Source: Lingula anatina
Taxonomy: Eukaryota > Animalia > Brachiopoda
NCBI GenBank assembly: GCA_051362555.1
Contig: CM120649.1
Coordinates: 3,782,001 to 3,846,000, forward strand
DNA: 64,000 nucleotides
Reading direction: 5' to 3'
Shown piece by piece: positions 34,458 to 47,100 of the stretch; the stretch's first letter is position 1, and the number at the start of each line of letters is the position of its first letter. Below the pieces are notes generated by a model. The model was not told the origin of the DNA and made no database searches. It saw only the letters and a program-made list of their open reading frames with translations. The translations under genes were made by a program, and so were the position numbers.

Positions 34458-35843
34458 ATGGTCTGTTGGTCAAAGAACTATAATACAAAGGAGAATTACT
34501 GCATGATAACCATGAAATCTCGATTTCTCAGTGCCACTGTGATTGGACTCGCTGTCGTCTGGTTGATGGCAATGCTGTTTTGGAAGGAGCCAATCCGTGA
34601 CCACGTCACAAAATTTGTGTTTAAAAACGCGATTGACAAATCACCATGGGACTCGGTCCCGACGCTTGAAATATTCCTCCGCATGTTCCACAAAACTTAT
34701 CCTCTTTACGAGAAGATATTCAGCCCCAGCGTGGTTTTATTCTGGCCGCCCCAATTACGTGTGATGGTTATCTTAGACAACGAATCAAAAGAAGATCATG
34801 CGTTGGAAAAAGCAATTAGAGACAGACCGCCGTATCCGAAAGTTTTCTTTGAAGATCCTAACCCAGATATTAACATCAATAAAGGATCGAACCGAAAGCA
34901 GTGGTCGATGTTTTATCCCGAAAACTACACCAAGGCCGAGTACGTTGGCTATGTGGATACAGACGCTCTGTTCGTTACGGTCGTTACGCCGGGAGACCTT
35001 TTTCGAGACGGCAAACCCGTCGTGGTTGGAGTCGTCGGTAATTTTTTTTCGGTAGATTGGGAAGTGCTAACAATGAAGCATTCCAAATTATTCAGAACTG
35101 GAGAGGTCATGAGATGCATGTCATACTTCCCCGTTGTCATGAAAGTGAAACATATTATTAATTGCCGCCATTACCTAGAGCGATTACATAATAAATCTTT
35201 TGATGCTATCTACAAAGAATTAGCAGTCCATGGTCGTTATTCACAATTCAGCATAATGTGTCAGTGCATTTACACGCTTCATCGCAATGAGTACGCCTTT
35301 CACCTTCAACCACTTCCAAACTGGAACTTCAAAGGCAAACTCCCCGGGAGAGTACCATTCCAAACCTACAAAGAAAACTTCACAGCTGAAGAACGCAAGC
35401 CTATTGTCAGAACCTCGATACACTGGAAATACCATTCAACACCCCCACAAGAACTGCTCAAAACACCGTACAACATGGAAACTTACTACCCTCAAGCTCT
35501 TTTGATGGGAATTTGCTATTCCGGTGGGTTTGATATGTGTCCGTCACACTGTAGATTTTTCAATAGGAGCGCCATTCAAAGAGACATGTTTAATTATGAA
35601 CGGATGGACTGGACTTGGCATCCCGAATGTATGGCAGCCCAAAAGAGACATTACGAGGAAGTGGACCGGTTGTTGACATATTACAAATCACACGGGATGC
35701 CTATTTTTGGCGAGAAAAATGTCACCGCGGTTTGTGATCGAATTTACAACATGCTTCCGTTAGATAAGAAGTATGAATCTAATGCCAAGACCAAGACTTC
35801 TGCAGAAACCAAGACCCAATCTAAGATCAAGACCAAGGCTTGA
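34458..35843 (+). CDS. Type II membrane glycosyltransferase-like protein (GT-A, DxD), copy 2
   Basis: 461-aa ORF (start may be ATG 34503), highly similar to 13182-14486. TM ATVIGLAVVWLMAMLFW and YVGYVDTDALF. Homologous splice acceptor ends at 34352, and the 3' UTR is also homologous. Confidence 0.8.
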   Translation: MVCWSKNYNTKENYCMITMKSRFLSATVIGLAVVWLMAMLFWKEPIRDHVTKFVFKNAIDKSPWDSVPTLEIFLRMFHKTYPLYEKIFSPSVVLFWPPQLRVMVILDNESKEDHALEKAIRDRPPYPKVFFEDPNPDININKGSNRKQWSMFYPENYTKAEYVGYVDTDALFVTVVTPGDLFRDGKPVVVGVVGNFFSVDWEVLTMKHSKLFRTGEVMRCMSYFPVVMKVKHIINCRHYLERLHNKSFDAIYKELAVHGRYSQFSIMCQCIYTLHRNEYAFHLQPLPNWNFKGKLPGRVPFQTYKENFTAEERKPIVRTSIHWKYHSTPPQELLKTPYNMETYYPQALLMGICYSGGFDMCPSHCRFFNRSAIQRDMFNYERMDWTWHPECMAAQKRHYEEVDRLLTYYKSHGMPIFGEKNVTAVCDRIYNMLPLDKKYESNAKTKTSAETKTQSKIKTKA

Positions 35844-38800
35844 CTTTCAGGTGGTCTGCAATTGTCTTGCAAGTATCATCGTATTGATACTTAACGTCGG
35901 TTAACATTATAAGTCAAATATCTTCATTGGACAAGGAATGAGTAGACGGCTATAGCTACCATCTATAGATTCATTGTTCACTATGTGTAGATATCCACAA
36001 AATGACTAATTATGCGCACTTTTCTGAAAACGTGTGGCCACGTGCAGATATCCACGCGATATTTACAGGGTTTGCCACTGTTTAAGTTGACGGAGTAATA
36101 ACTTGTTGGAATGAGTAAGAATCTGAAAAACACAGCACAAAATTTGAGTTGTTTTGTCCGAGTTATGCTCACTAAACCTGAATTTCTTTATTATATATGT
36201 TATGCATTGGAAATAATGACAGTCCCAAAAGTAGTATAGTATAGTAAAAATGTATCATAATATATATTCTTCGTGATGCTGAAATATAGCTGTCGGTGGT
36301 AAGTGGTTTTGATACGTACGTGTTAAAAACATGTATTTGTATTGGCAAAATAACGTTTTCACTTTGCTTATATGCGGAATGTTTATCTTTACATTAACGC
36401 AATAAAATAAAAATTTTAAAGCATTATCTTTCTTTTCTGTTTCTTTATTCAACAACGCACGCGCTTAAGCACATACGGTGGCGAAGCGGTTATCGTCGAC
36501 ATCGTCATTGTTAACTAGGTTGAGTTAGTAATCGTAGTTTTCTACGTAACTCTGCAAGTGCGATATGCCCATTGGAACTGACATGATAAATGACTAAGGC
36601 GTGAACTACGAGCTGGTGCCGCGGTTGGTTTTACATTTCTATTTATCTCTTCATTTATTTATGTTTGTTTTTTCCTGGGATGTCTCATTCAAAAATGTAT
36701 TATTTTGATTCTTAACTGATAAAACTAGAAGTAACCCTTCAAGAAGATTCCCCAGCACCAGATTTTGGAACTGGCTTTTGCGATTAAATAAGCGTCAAAA
36801 CGGCGTTGTTGAGGGAGATCCATTTGAAAGCAATAACAGTTTTTACAAAAAAAAAAAAAACTGTACGCTGATGTTTCAGTATGAGCCCGAAATGGCAAAT
36901 TCGCCCCGATGGATTTTGGATGTGGCAACATTATCACATAACACGGCATGTTTCTTGCTGCATTATTCTAAGCGAATACAGAAAAACCCTAACGCAAAGA
37001 ACCCGCCAAAACTGGCCATTGCCGGGGCAGTCGAAATTCTAGGTCTCCTGCAGGTAAATGTCTACAAGAAAATTTATTACAAACGGCAATCTATTTTTAA
37101 AAAATTAAAAATATTAACCATCACCGCCTCTTATTTGATATTCCCTGCAAAAGCATAGGTGACATTTGCCCTGAGTGCTGTATGTTGAAATCGTATACGA
37201 TATTTCATGTTTTTTTTTTTACAGTGTAAGAATCAAAGGGTTACGGTGTGTATGTTACATTCTTAATGTTTGGGTGCTGTGCCATTTTTCTCTGACCTTC
37301 AGGTTAGGTCAGAGATAATCGGTTTGTCAATGTGAAAGAGATCAGAGCCCTTTTCAGGCCCAGTGCAGTTGCCGTACAACCTCCGTACGGCTTCCTTGAA
37401 GATTGATACGTTTTCGGTGCAATCCTACAGGTTTTTCAGCTCCAGCGCGGCCGGTATAAGATAGGCTTCAATTTCACAACAGTGAAAGCTTTAAATATCT
37501 TCAGTGAACCACTATTATTTCCCTCTTAATACTAAAAAGTGGGGAAATGCCTACAACAGATCCAACAGATCCAAGTCCAAGATCACCGCAAGTCCGAAGA
37601 ACAAAGCCCGAGCGGGAACTGTGCTATGCAAGCTACGATACTGCTTTTGCCTACTAGCTCGTGATTTGAAAACAAATATGTCAAAAGTTAAAGTTTGATA
37701 AATTCGTTAAGGCCCGGAGGGAATCCGTACAATTTCTCACGGCCACCGCATGCCTCCACTCGGACGTCACACGAAAAGAAATGTACTGGTATGGGTAGCA
37801 CTCATACATGTAGTATAAGGGTACCATACATGTACGAACGGCATATAGCAAACGTAACCTAGGATTCAATCTGCCCTTAAAATGTATAATTTGAATCACT
37901 TTGTGTTAATTGTGTTCGACAAATTTGTAAAACCTAACGCAAAAGTATAGTTGACTGTACAAAAATGTGAATAAAAAGAAGTTTTATCTGTCATACAGGC
38001 CTTCAAATCTTTTGACTTAATGTTTCTGTCCAGCTAATACACTGAACAACAGCACTGGGCGATCGCGCTCCTGAAATATTCACAAAATCAATCCCAATCA
38101 ATCTAATTAAACGTAAAAAGCTGACAGAGTTAATTGGAACGCGGTCAAAATAAATAGCGGCAAGGGCACACGTCGATGGCTAATTAGTATGTCTTTTGCC
38201 ACGTTGACGTACTAGATATAATTATGTAATAGTAAATCATACTGAAATGAGTATTATATGTAATCAATATCCACACTAAATTAGCAGCAGTTAATTAAAA
38301 ACTAGCGGGATTTTGTGTAGCGTCACATATAGTCAGGTGGGGAACGTCAGTGAGGTCATTGTGCCTTGGCTCGGTTCCACAGAAGAACTTTAGCCCGAAA
38401 AGTGGCTTAAACTTTAAAACCAATAGTTTGGCTTACTTCGGTTCAAGACAAAAACATGGTTGTCCATTTGAATTAACTTAAATCCGCTTGATACATCAGT
38501 TATATCTTCTTTGTTATAAAACTTGCGTAATATTTGATTTAATTAAACTGCTGCTGGTTCATTTTATAAAAAAGTAACCTTAAATTTTGAGATCTTTTAG
38601 GCCGATCTTAGAACTCGCTTGCACGCGCGCGCGTATATGTATGTGAATCAGACTCAAGGTCTCAAGCTTATACTGTAAGAACGCTGTGTTTGGTTGGGAG
38701 TTTTAATTTTTGTATGGGCCAAATAGGCTGACTTAAACGTGCGATCCAAAACCAAACCATTGTTCTCGGACTGATATGTGAGGATACACTGGACACGGAT

Positions 38801-39218
38801 CCACGAATCCGACGAATTGACACATGAATCATATCCTACATATATAATAAATTCGTTTTTTATTGTCGCAAGAAATAGGGATTTGAAAAAGATTTAGTTT
38901 TTAATGTTCTCAATAAGCGAGATAAAAATGCTGGGAGTCACGATTCTTCAGTAGAAAATTCAGGGAAGGCCACAGCCAGTATCTGTCCTCATTCCCTTAT
39001 ATTAGCTTCTAAACTATGTCTCCTTCCCCTTTTCCCTTTCTCCTCAAAAAGGTATATGTACATGTACTGCGGTAGAAACTTGATGACTGTTTTATATTTG
39101 CCTCTACTCAATCAATGTCCTAGCTTTGCACCCCTCCCCCTTCACACACGCACGCGCGCACACTTATCAGAGGCCAGGACCCAGCATTGCTTCATTTCAA
39201 CCGATCTTTGCTCTAAGT

Positions 39219-39506
39219 GATGACGTCATCGAGATCCATCGCCTGCCATTAGTGACTGTCGTGTTTGACAACACCTGAGTTATCATGGCGGTAGCCAAAT
39301 ACAGATCTTGACATTTCGGTTAATAAAGTAAGCAAATCACAATACAAACACATTCGATTAGGGAGACGCTGAAAACAGGGGGCACTTTTCACTTGTGCTA
39401 ATCTACACGAACTACGACGTGGGAATATATTGTATTGTAGACCTAGACATTTTATGTTGAGTTAAGCGAACGATTTGATGTTGTATGAGAGACGATAAAG
39501 GTGAGT
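39219..39506 (+). promoter_or_regulatory. Possible promoter and 5' UTR exon of the FAM124 gene
   Basis: 12-bp CRE/ATF palindrome GATGACGTCATC at 39219-39230 and a consensus donor aag|gtgagt at 39500/39501. Linkage to the 50870 acceptor is inferred. Confidence 0.3.
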
Positions 39507-41664
39507 TTTCATCCTGCATTTTCATCATAATTCACAATTCGAAAACCAAACTGCATCCAGATTCGAATGTTGACTATTATTTGCTGTTTTAAAATAAATC
39601 AAACACTACGATGTCAGACGTATGGGCTTCCGACAGGAAAAGGAGCACGGCTAAAAACCCACTATTATGTTCATGTTGTACCTGTACAGTTATTAGGTGT
39701 TCAATTAAACTACTTTTCGCTGGATATTTTCATTTTGTCATCACCATTCATTTACTAATATAGTTCGGGATTGAATGATTCGACAGGAAATTTCTACGAG
39801 CTTTATCGGACGAGAATACCATACATATAATAAAGCAAAAAGATGGCAGCTAAAGCGACGTCGTTTTCTTCCTGTTTACATAGAAAACTTGATAAGGGAG
39901 GTCTACTGCGGAATAACAAATTAAGCAGTACCCGGTACATGTAATGTTCCATGGTCACTGAGACGACTTTGATGGTCATATACTTCAGAGATGATTAAAG
40001 GTAAATCGCCATTCTGTCAGTATATTGGTAAGCTAAATGCTAAACGCAAAATGGTAGGTAGTCGAAGGAAAAGATGAATATGATGCATCAGTGTTCGCCC
40101 CAGACAGTAGATAATCGGTTTTGCCCCAGATTTAGATTACAACTAGCTGTTAAACCCAGAAGATCTCCAAAGGAGGTTTTATATCATTTCGTTTTTGTGA
40201 TTGAGATATTACAGCAAAAAAGAGTATGTTAACAACAGGCGATGCATTATTTGCCTGTCTTGATAATAACAAATAATCTACAAGCAGTTTGGTATATAAA
40301 ATAGAATAAATGTCGCTGAATAATGTTAACAAAGTCAGTATTTCTAATTGGAAGTACAAGTTTTGCCTGAAGCCAGCAATTTTCAAAATGGGGATACTTT
40401 TTTTCTGAAAAAGTGGACCTTTTTAGTTTGCCTAACTTAGAAAAAGAGCCCAGATTGATTTTCTTTCAGATGGGACCTTTTTCAGCCAAAATGTCGTGCT
40501 TTCGAACCTTCTGACCCCCCCCCCCCCCCAAAAAAAAAACCCTGCATACGGGTCTCCACTGTAGTACAGATGATTTATAGCTGCGACAGTTCATTATTGA
40601 TGATCCAATTTCTCCTAATGGACTGTCTAGCAGCATGGCCGGGAAAAAAGCAAATGTATACCTAAACGACTGAGCTATGAATACGCGAGATATTTCCTGT
40701 GTGACTAATAATATCAACACCATCACCTCCTTATCAAAAGAACAGAGAATAGAAAAATAACGTGCTAAATCCCGTACCATTTCATTAACAGCAAGAACAA
40801 TCAGATTTCAATCAGCGTTCAATACTGTTCGAATGTTACCCGGAAAGCATCCTTATAACGCAGCTGTTCCTCCTCTGCTATACGTGTATACGCCTCTTCA
40901 GTAGCAGCTAGCCGTATTCTGGGAAACCCGCCGAGGCAGGTACGCATATCGGCTCGCTGTTTCAGCAATATATTATTCTACGTTTTTTACATCAGCAGTC
41001 AAGTATGTATGTTTCCCGGTCTATATGACAGCCACACAGCTTATCGTAGAGATACTATATGGCATCTACACAGCAGGTATATTCTTTGAGCCTTTATGGC
41101 GTGATTTATAACCAGAAAATTGGCACCATAAGCCAAGAACGACAAACGGCGCCTCGCGAAGTGATATCAAAGTTCGCGTCCACACTAGGCCTTCAGGGAC
41201 CGATTTTTATTCGAGCTCTGTGGCGTATAAATGACAGTAATCTAACCGTTAGTAAGCTAGGTAAGTAATGTCTGACAAAATGCATTACCTGCCTTGTGCC
41301 CACCGACTTGATTACTATCCAGATGCTGTAGCTAAAATAAATGGGATTGCGTTACAAATGTATTAGTAGATCGAACGGTGACGGTCAAAACGGACCGTGC
41401 GTGAATTCATCCTCATTCACTAAACCAAATGATCGATCGCTCTCAGGAATAGAAATTATTTCAATTCACGGAAAGGTGATTAGTCAGCTTACTGGGATTG
41501 TGGACCGTAGGAGTGGGATATCTTCCCACAAATACCAACTACCAGTACATAATTCGATTGCGGGATTTCAAGAATGACGTCACAAATCAGTGTGACGATA
41601 AGACGGCTAATAAGTAGGGGTACCTCGTGCATGTTTCGTAGTGCAAACGCCTAGGTAAGTATCA

Positions 41665-41666
<2 letters not shown>

Positions 41667-41756
<90 letters not shown>
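41667..41756. repeat. Compound (GT)n(GA)n microsatellite
   Basis: Direct reading. Further (CT)n/(GA)n runs at ~43551, ~50573 and ~51022. Confidence 0.95.
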
Positions 41757-41760
<4 letters not shown>

Positions 41761-43546
41761 GCAAGTGCACAAGAAGGCCACGATCTGTCAAAGGGAGTGA
41801 GATCTATAACAATGCTCATTTATAATTTGCAGGGAAACATGTAGATCGGTCAGAGTACTGCGAGCGTCTCTTGGAGCACGTAAACACTGCGCAAACATAT
41901 TACGAAGGAACTAACTTGGTTAAACGTCGATTGGTAGGCCTACACAAGTCAACCAACATGGACGCCGTGATGTTTCTGAAGAGGACATATGGCAAGAAAA
42001 GACGCCAGTCAAAGGATCAAAATGGATTCCCTTTTTGGGATTACAGGTAATCGCATTTCGTGTTTATAGTAGAGTCACAGTTAGAGACAAAGACACAGAC
42101 ACACGTGAACGCGTGCATAAATGCACGTGCCCTCGGGCATACGTACTCACACATGCCCCAACGGACACTCACACATATGCACACGCACAGCCGCTCAATC
42201 AGGAGCACATACATACGCACGCACACACACACACACACTCACACACACACAGAGACAGGGAGAGAGAGCGAGCGCGAGCGAAAGAGTGAGAGAGAGAGTG
42301 ATAGGGATTCAGTTTTATTGCTATAGCTGCCACAGCCACTTTTACAATACAGGCTAGAACCAAAGAATTTTATAAATTATGACCAGAAATGCATTTCGGT
42401 GAAATATTACCACGGAGGGATCGACTCAGTTTGCCTTGCCAAATTAGACCGAAATAATGAGCTACAAAAGAGATTAAATAGACTCTTTTTTCGATACGTA
42501 AGGCCAAAATAATGAGTCTAAAAAGATTTGGAATGTTAAATCCTTGCGTGAGCAAATACCCGTGAACTATGGTATTAATGGAGACTCAGTAACAACTTAA
42601 TTAAAGCCAAGGATAATATGGCTGACGTCCATGTGTTACGACCGGTCAATTAACATCATACTCAGCGTCTTCTCTTTAAGTGTGCATCGGTTTGAACTGT
42701 TTTGAGCTTGTGTGCAGCACATTTAGACTGCTTGATTGTTTCTTTATCAATTTGCTTATTGGAAAACTTATCTTTTTTTTCGTTTAAATGACATGAGTGT
42801 AGATTTAATCAGGAATTATGTTCAACAACGGCGCCGTAGAGAAGATAAAATGAACACGTACAGGTAGTGACCTCAACATAAGTGTGACATTAATCTACAT
42901 ACAACTGAATCTACTTGCTAAAATCTAGAACGCCTCAACTAACAATTGGAGGGGTCCCCAGCTTGAATGAACTCTCTAAAATATGGCCCATAATTTCAGT
43001 GACCGAGAGAAGGAAATTGATTTATGTCATTAAATGTCCCGCGCTACAGTGAGATTTCCATGTTACTGTTGAGCACGTCACTTTGAAATGGAAGTTTGAC
43101 CCACAGCTCTGATTTGATTAGCATCTGTTGAATTTTTACCATTCGAAGCTTTCAAAATTCGCGCATTAATTTTGAATTTTATTCCGCACCCCCTTTCCCA
43201 TCCCCTTTACCATCGACTTAAGCACTGAATGGGCTGCTTATCCTTATTAAGATAACTGCTTAAGGTATTTCTTTACCTTTCTCTTTTTTTTTCGCTTCAT
43301 TGCCGTAAGCCTCCCAAATGCTCATTAGGTTTTTCAGTTTAACATAATCCGCTATTCACCCTGTGTTTGACAGTCTCAATATTAAAATAGCCTGCGCAAA
43401 ATTCACTTTTTCTATAAAAAGCTTATTTAGAAGTCTCATACCCATGGTGCAGTTTGGTGCTGTTGTAGTTGCAATCGTTTTACATCGTATTTGATGCCAT
43501 GTCTCCACTGATTAATTTGCATCTTGTCAACTACAGTGTACAAGGT

Positions 43547-43595
<49 letters not shown>

Positions 43596-44073
43596 GCAAA
43601 ATGTTTGATTGACTTGTTTTTCTAGATCCACCCCCCACCCCCAAGCCTCCCCTTGAAAATTGTAACCGCCACCAATTCAGGCCCAGTACAGGGACATAAC
43701 ACCAAACGAACCCTGCAGCAGAGTCAGCTGGGGAGATAAATATCCCATTTAAGTTTGAAGAAAGACCTGGGATTTACCCAAGAAAGTTGAATGAGTTTTA
43801 CATTGGGTTTTATTGATCCAGATTTCTCGGTCGTTAACCCTAAAAAGGGCCAGGGGACATGGGGTGGCTAATACGGTCTAATCACGGCGATGATAATCCC
43901 TTAGCCAGGACAGTGGTACCATAGGTTTCTTCGGTCTTATTGTTGCTCGAGCAACAGTAACATTTTAGTAATTGGTGGCTTTTTGAACTCCGGAGGCGCG
44001 TTTACGAAAAATACCGGCCGTGGCAGGCACTGATATTACGCCCCTGTTTGAGTATCTGACAGCGATTAAGATG

Positions 44074-44110
<37 letters not shown>

Positions 44111-47100
44111 AGAAAGAAAGAAAGAAAAAACACTGGCGCCATCTTCAGGGTAACTGCCAAACCCTCACTGGTGCATCTATGAATTTACTGAGGAGAAGGA
44201 GGGAGCTGGGTACAATAATTTTTCAAGCTAAGCAAAGCAAATAACAAGCTGTACACTAGAGCAGTTTTGTAAAATTAACCATAATATGTGAGTCACGGGG
44301 TGAAAATTGCTTGCTTACACCTCGCTACTCTCGTTATATTGTTTGGAGGGGAGAGAGAAGTGGGGGTGGGGGTACCCTAAGCTTGTAGAGAAGGGTAGGG
44401 GGGGAGACACGTAACACGCTGAAGTTGTGCCCTTGGAACGCTACGGTAGTACTTATGACAAGCGAAAAAAAAGGAAAATTATGTGCTCTCTTTATGTCTC
44501 TTTGGTTTATGTGTAAGTTCCACCTCATAATTTGAAAAGTACCCTTAAAAACGTTTGTTTTGCCTTTTTTCAAACTGGGACTGTAAAAGCTTTCTCATAT
44601 AGTGTACGTGTACATTTCTATTTTTAAAAATGGTCAATTCATATTTTATCACTAATGACCCCATTAAGTAGTACTTAACCGTAACAAATGACCATGATTG
44701 TTTTACTAATAAATGACCTCTTTTGTTTATGTAATTTGTAATTGTTTAATTATATCGCCATGACAGGTCGATCAGCGAAGAATTAAACCATAGCGTTTAT
44801 CATAAGTCTCCAAGGCACTGTATCAATTTCTTATCTCAGACGATCCTAATGGTGCGTCCCGCAGTCGCACCAAATCCCCACATCAAATATTGTTCTGTTT
44901 TACCCATTGTTGGCTGGGAGTTGGAAAATGTTTGGATCAAATACGGCGGAATACTTGGCAATAAGATCGAGAGGATCAACGGGGCTTAGGCGGCGTTTGT
45001 CATGACCCGCTGGAAGTTTGTGCGGGCCTGACGCAGTGACGGTAAACTGCCGTTTAAATATTTAGGAAGATTTCGTAGCGGCGCTCTTTTTAACTCGTCC
45101 AGGATCTGTATCACGAAAGATTTTTTTTAGTCTGAAAATTGGTCCAAACAAGGAGATCAAACATTTCATATACATTTCAGACCCAAGATTAATTGAAATT
45201 ATTCCAATGAAATTAAATATGTCGCCTATTTTATAAGGAGCCTAGAAAGAGGAAGAGGCTAATTATTTCGTAAAAGTGATCAGCTATTTTTTCCCTCAGA
45301 GTTAAATTAAATTAGCAGCCTCGTTGTAAATTAATCATTCAGTCTCTCCCATCTGTCAGATTCACATGAAACAGATCCTTTTAATGTTCGACCGTAAGTG
45401 TAAGCGGGCTTCTATTTCAATCGGTAGCAATTAACGCTCGAGCAGACGATCGATATAGAAAATGATGAAATCTGCCCAATTTACACCTGAAAAAGTGTAC
45501 GCGTGATGAGTACTACTGAAAATTACTATCAAAACTACCGTGTAAACCTGGAGCAGACAAAGATGAGTTGTAGTGTAAACTGGGCAATTATTTTTGTAGC
45601 TAAGATTCACGGTTGCGGAACCATAACATATGGCGGGCTTTGAAGGAGTTTTTGTCTTGCGCATTTAGAATTGATTGAGCGAAGGATGTTGTTAAAATGT
45701 TCCATTATATAGAGCTCAGCTGAGCTTTGCTAGTGATCAAAAAGTGGGAAATAACTGTTTCCCCTGTATATTAGTGAGATTTATCTCGGTGATGCTGTGG
45801 AGAATGAGTTTCAAAACGCCACATTTTTTGCATTTTTTTTCTTTTGTAATGCAAGTTATAAAAAAGGATTTATCACGCTTTGCTTAATGTTAAAGAGCGA
45901 ACAATTTTCACTGTGTTTTAATAAAGTACTCGTAGCCTTTTACTTGACGTGAACGCCATTTTGGACTCTCTCTCTCTCTCTCTCCCCTCTGTCCATTTAC
46001 GTGATGTAGACAAGACTCCAGCTACCCGTAGACGGTCTTCTAAATTAAAACTCCCCCTATTTACTCAGCGATAACAGTTATCGTCTGCAAAGATCTGCAA
46101 ACAACCCAGTGATTGATGTACTATGGATAACACCGATTTATTTCAGTAAAACCTTCTCTATTACCTCTATACTGAACAAAGTGCATTGAGTTTTTATATT
46201 TCCTGGAAAAGGCAAAGATCAAAAAGAAGGATTATAAAATGGCTTGAGATAGAGAAAGTGCGATTTTTGTGTGAGTATACGGTATGTGTATCATTTTTCA
46301 TTTTCTGATCATTCTGCATGCTATATGGTGCATCGGCACTATAAATGCATGCATTAATCAATAAACTTTAAAATATTAATCAGTAAAAAACAAATAAATG
46401 GATAAATAAATGAATGAATAAACATTCAGTTAAACAAATGAATAGATGTGTGAGTAAGTGAGTGAGTGAGTGAGTGAACAAATAAGTAAAACAAATCTGA
46501 TATTTCTTTGGTCTAGAGTTTTAGAGTTTCTGTTGTCGATAATCTCAATTTCCTTCATGATAAAAATGATAATGAAAATAGGAAAAAAAAAGAGAACAGA
46601 AATATACGAACATTACCCTCTGATATTCACCAGTTTAGCGTTAGGATTTATTCATATAACACGTACACAAAAGAAGGTAAAACTGATTTAAGCAATGAAA
46701 CCGAATATCTCCTTTTGTGCACGTCTATTCATTGTACGTCCAAGGACTGCAATTCCCAAATCAATGTAAAATTACTGCCAAATCGAGAAAAACGTTTTCT
46801 TTCTCCCTCTTTGCTGCTTTTGAATGGATGAAAAGCAATAGGCTAAGTTGCTAAAAGAGAAGTTCACCTCAGTTTCTATAGTGTGCTTTATCGTCACCGA
46901 ATGTGTGAAAACTAAGGCCAAATAAGTCATACAAAATATTTCACCTTATATTTTAACGCGCCGTTACAATACCTGAGGGATTAGTTTACATTATCTTATC
47001 TTAAACCGTGGTTGAGTCGATCCTAATGCTAATGCTTCAACTCCTAAATGTCAATTCAGATCAAGCTGGTGAACACAAAGCATGTCGGGGAATATTAAAT

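Noticed and set aside
37350-37880. Possible Harbinger-like MITE with ccgtac repeats
   Set aside because: TIRs and TSD could not be defined convincingly.
42035-42357. His/Thr-rich overlapping ORFs
   Set aside because: They derive from degenerate (CA)n/(GA)n microsatellites.
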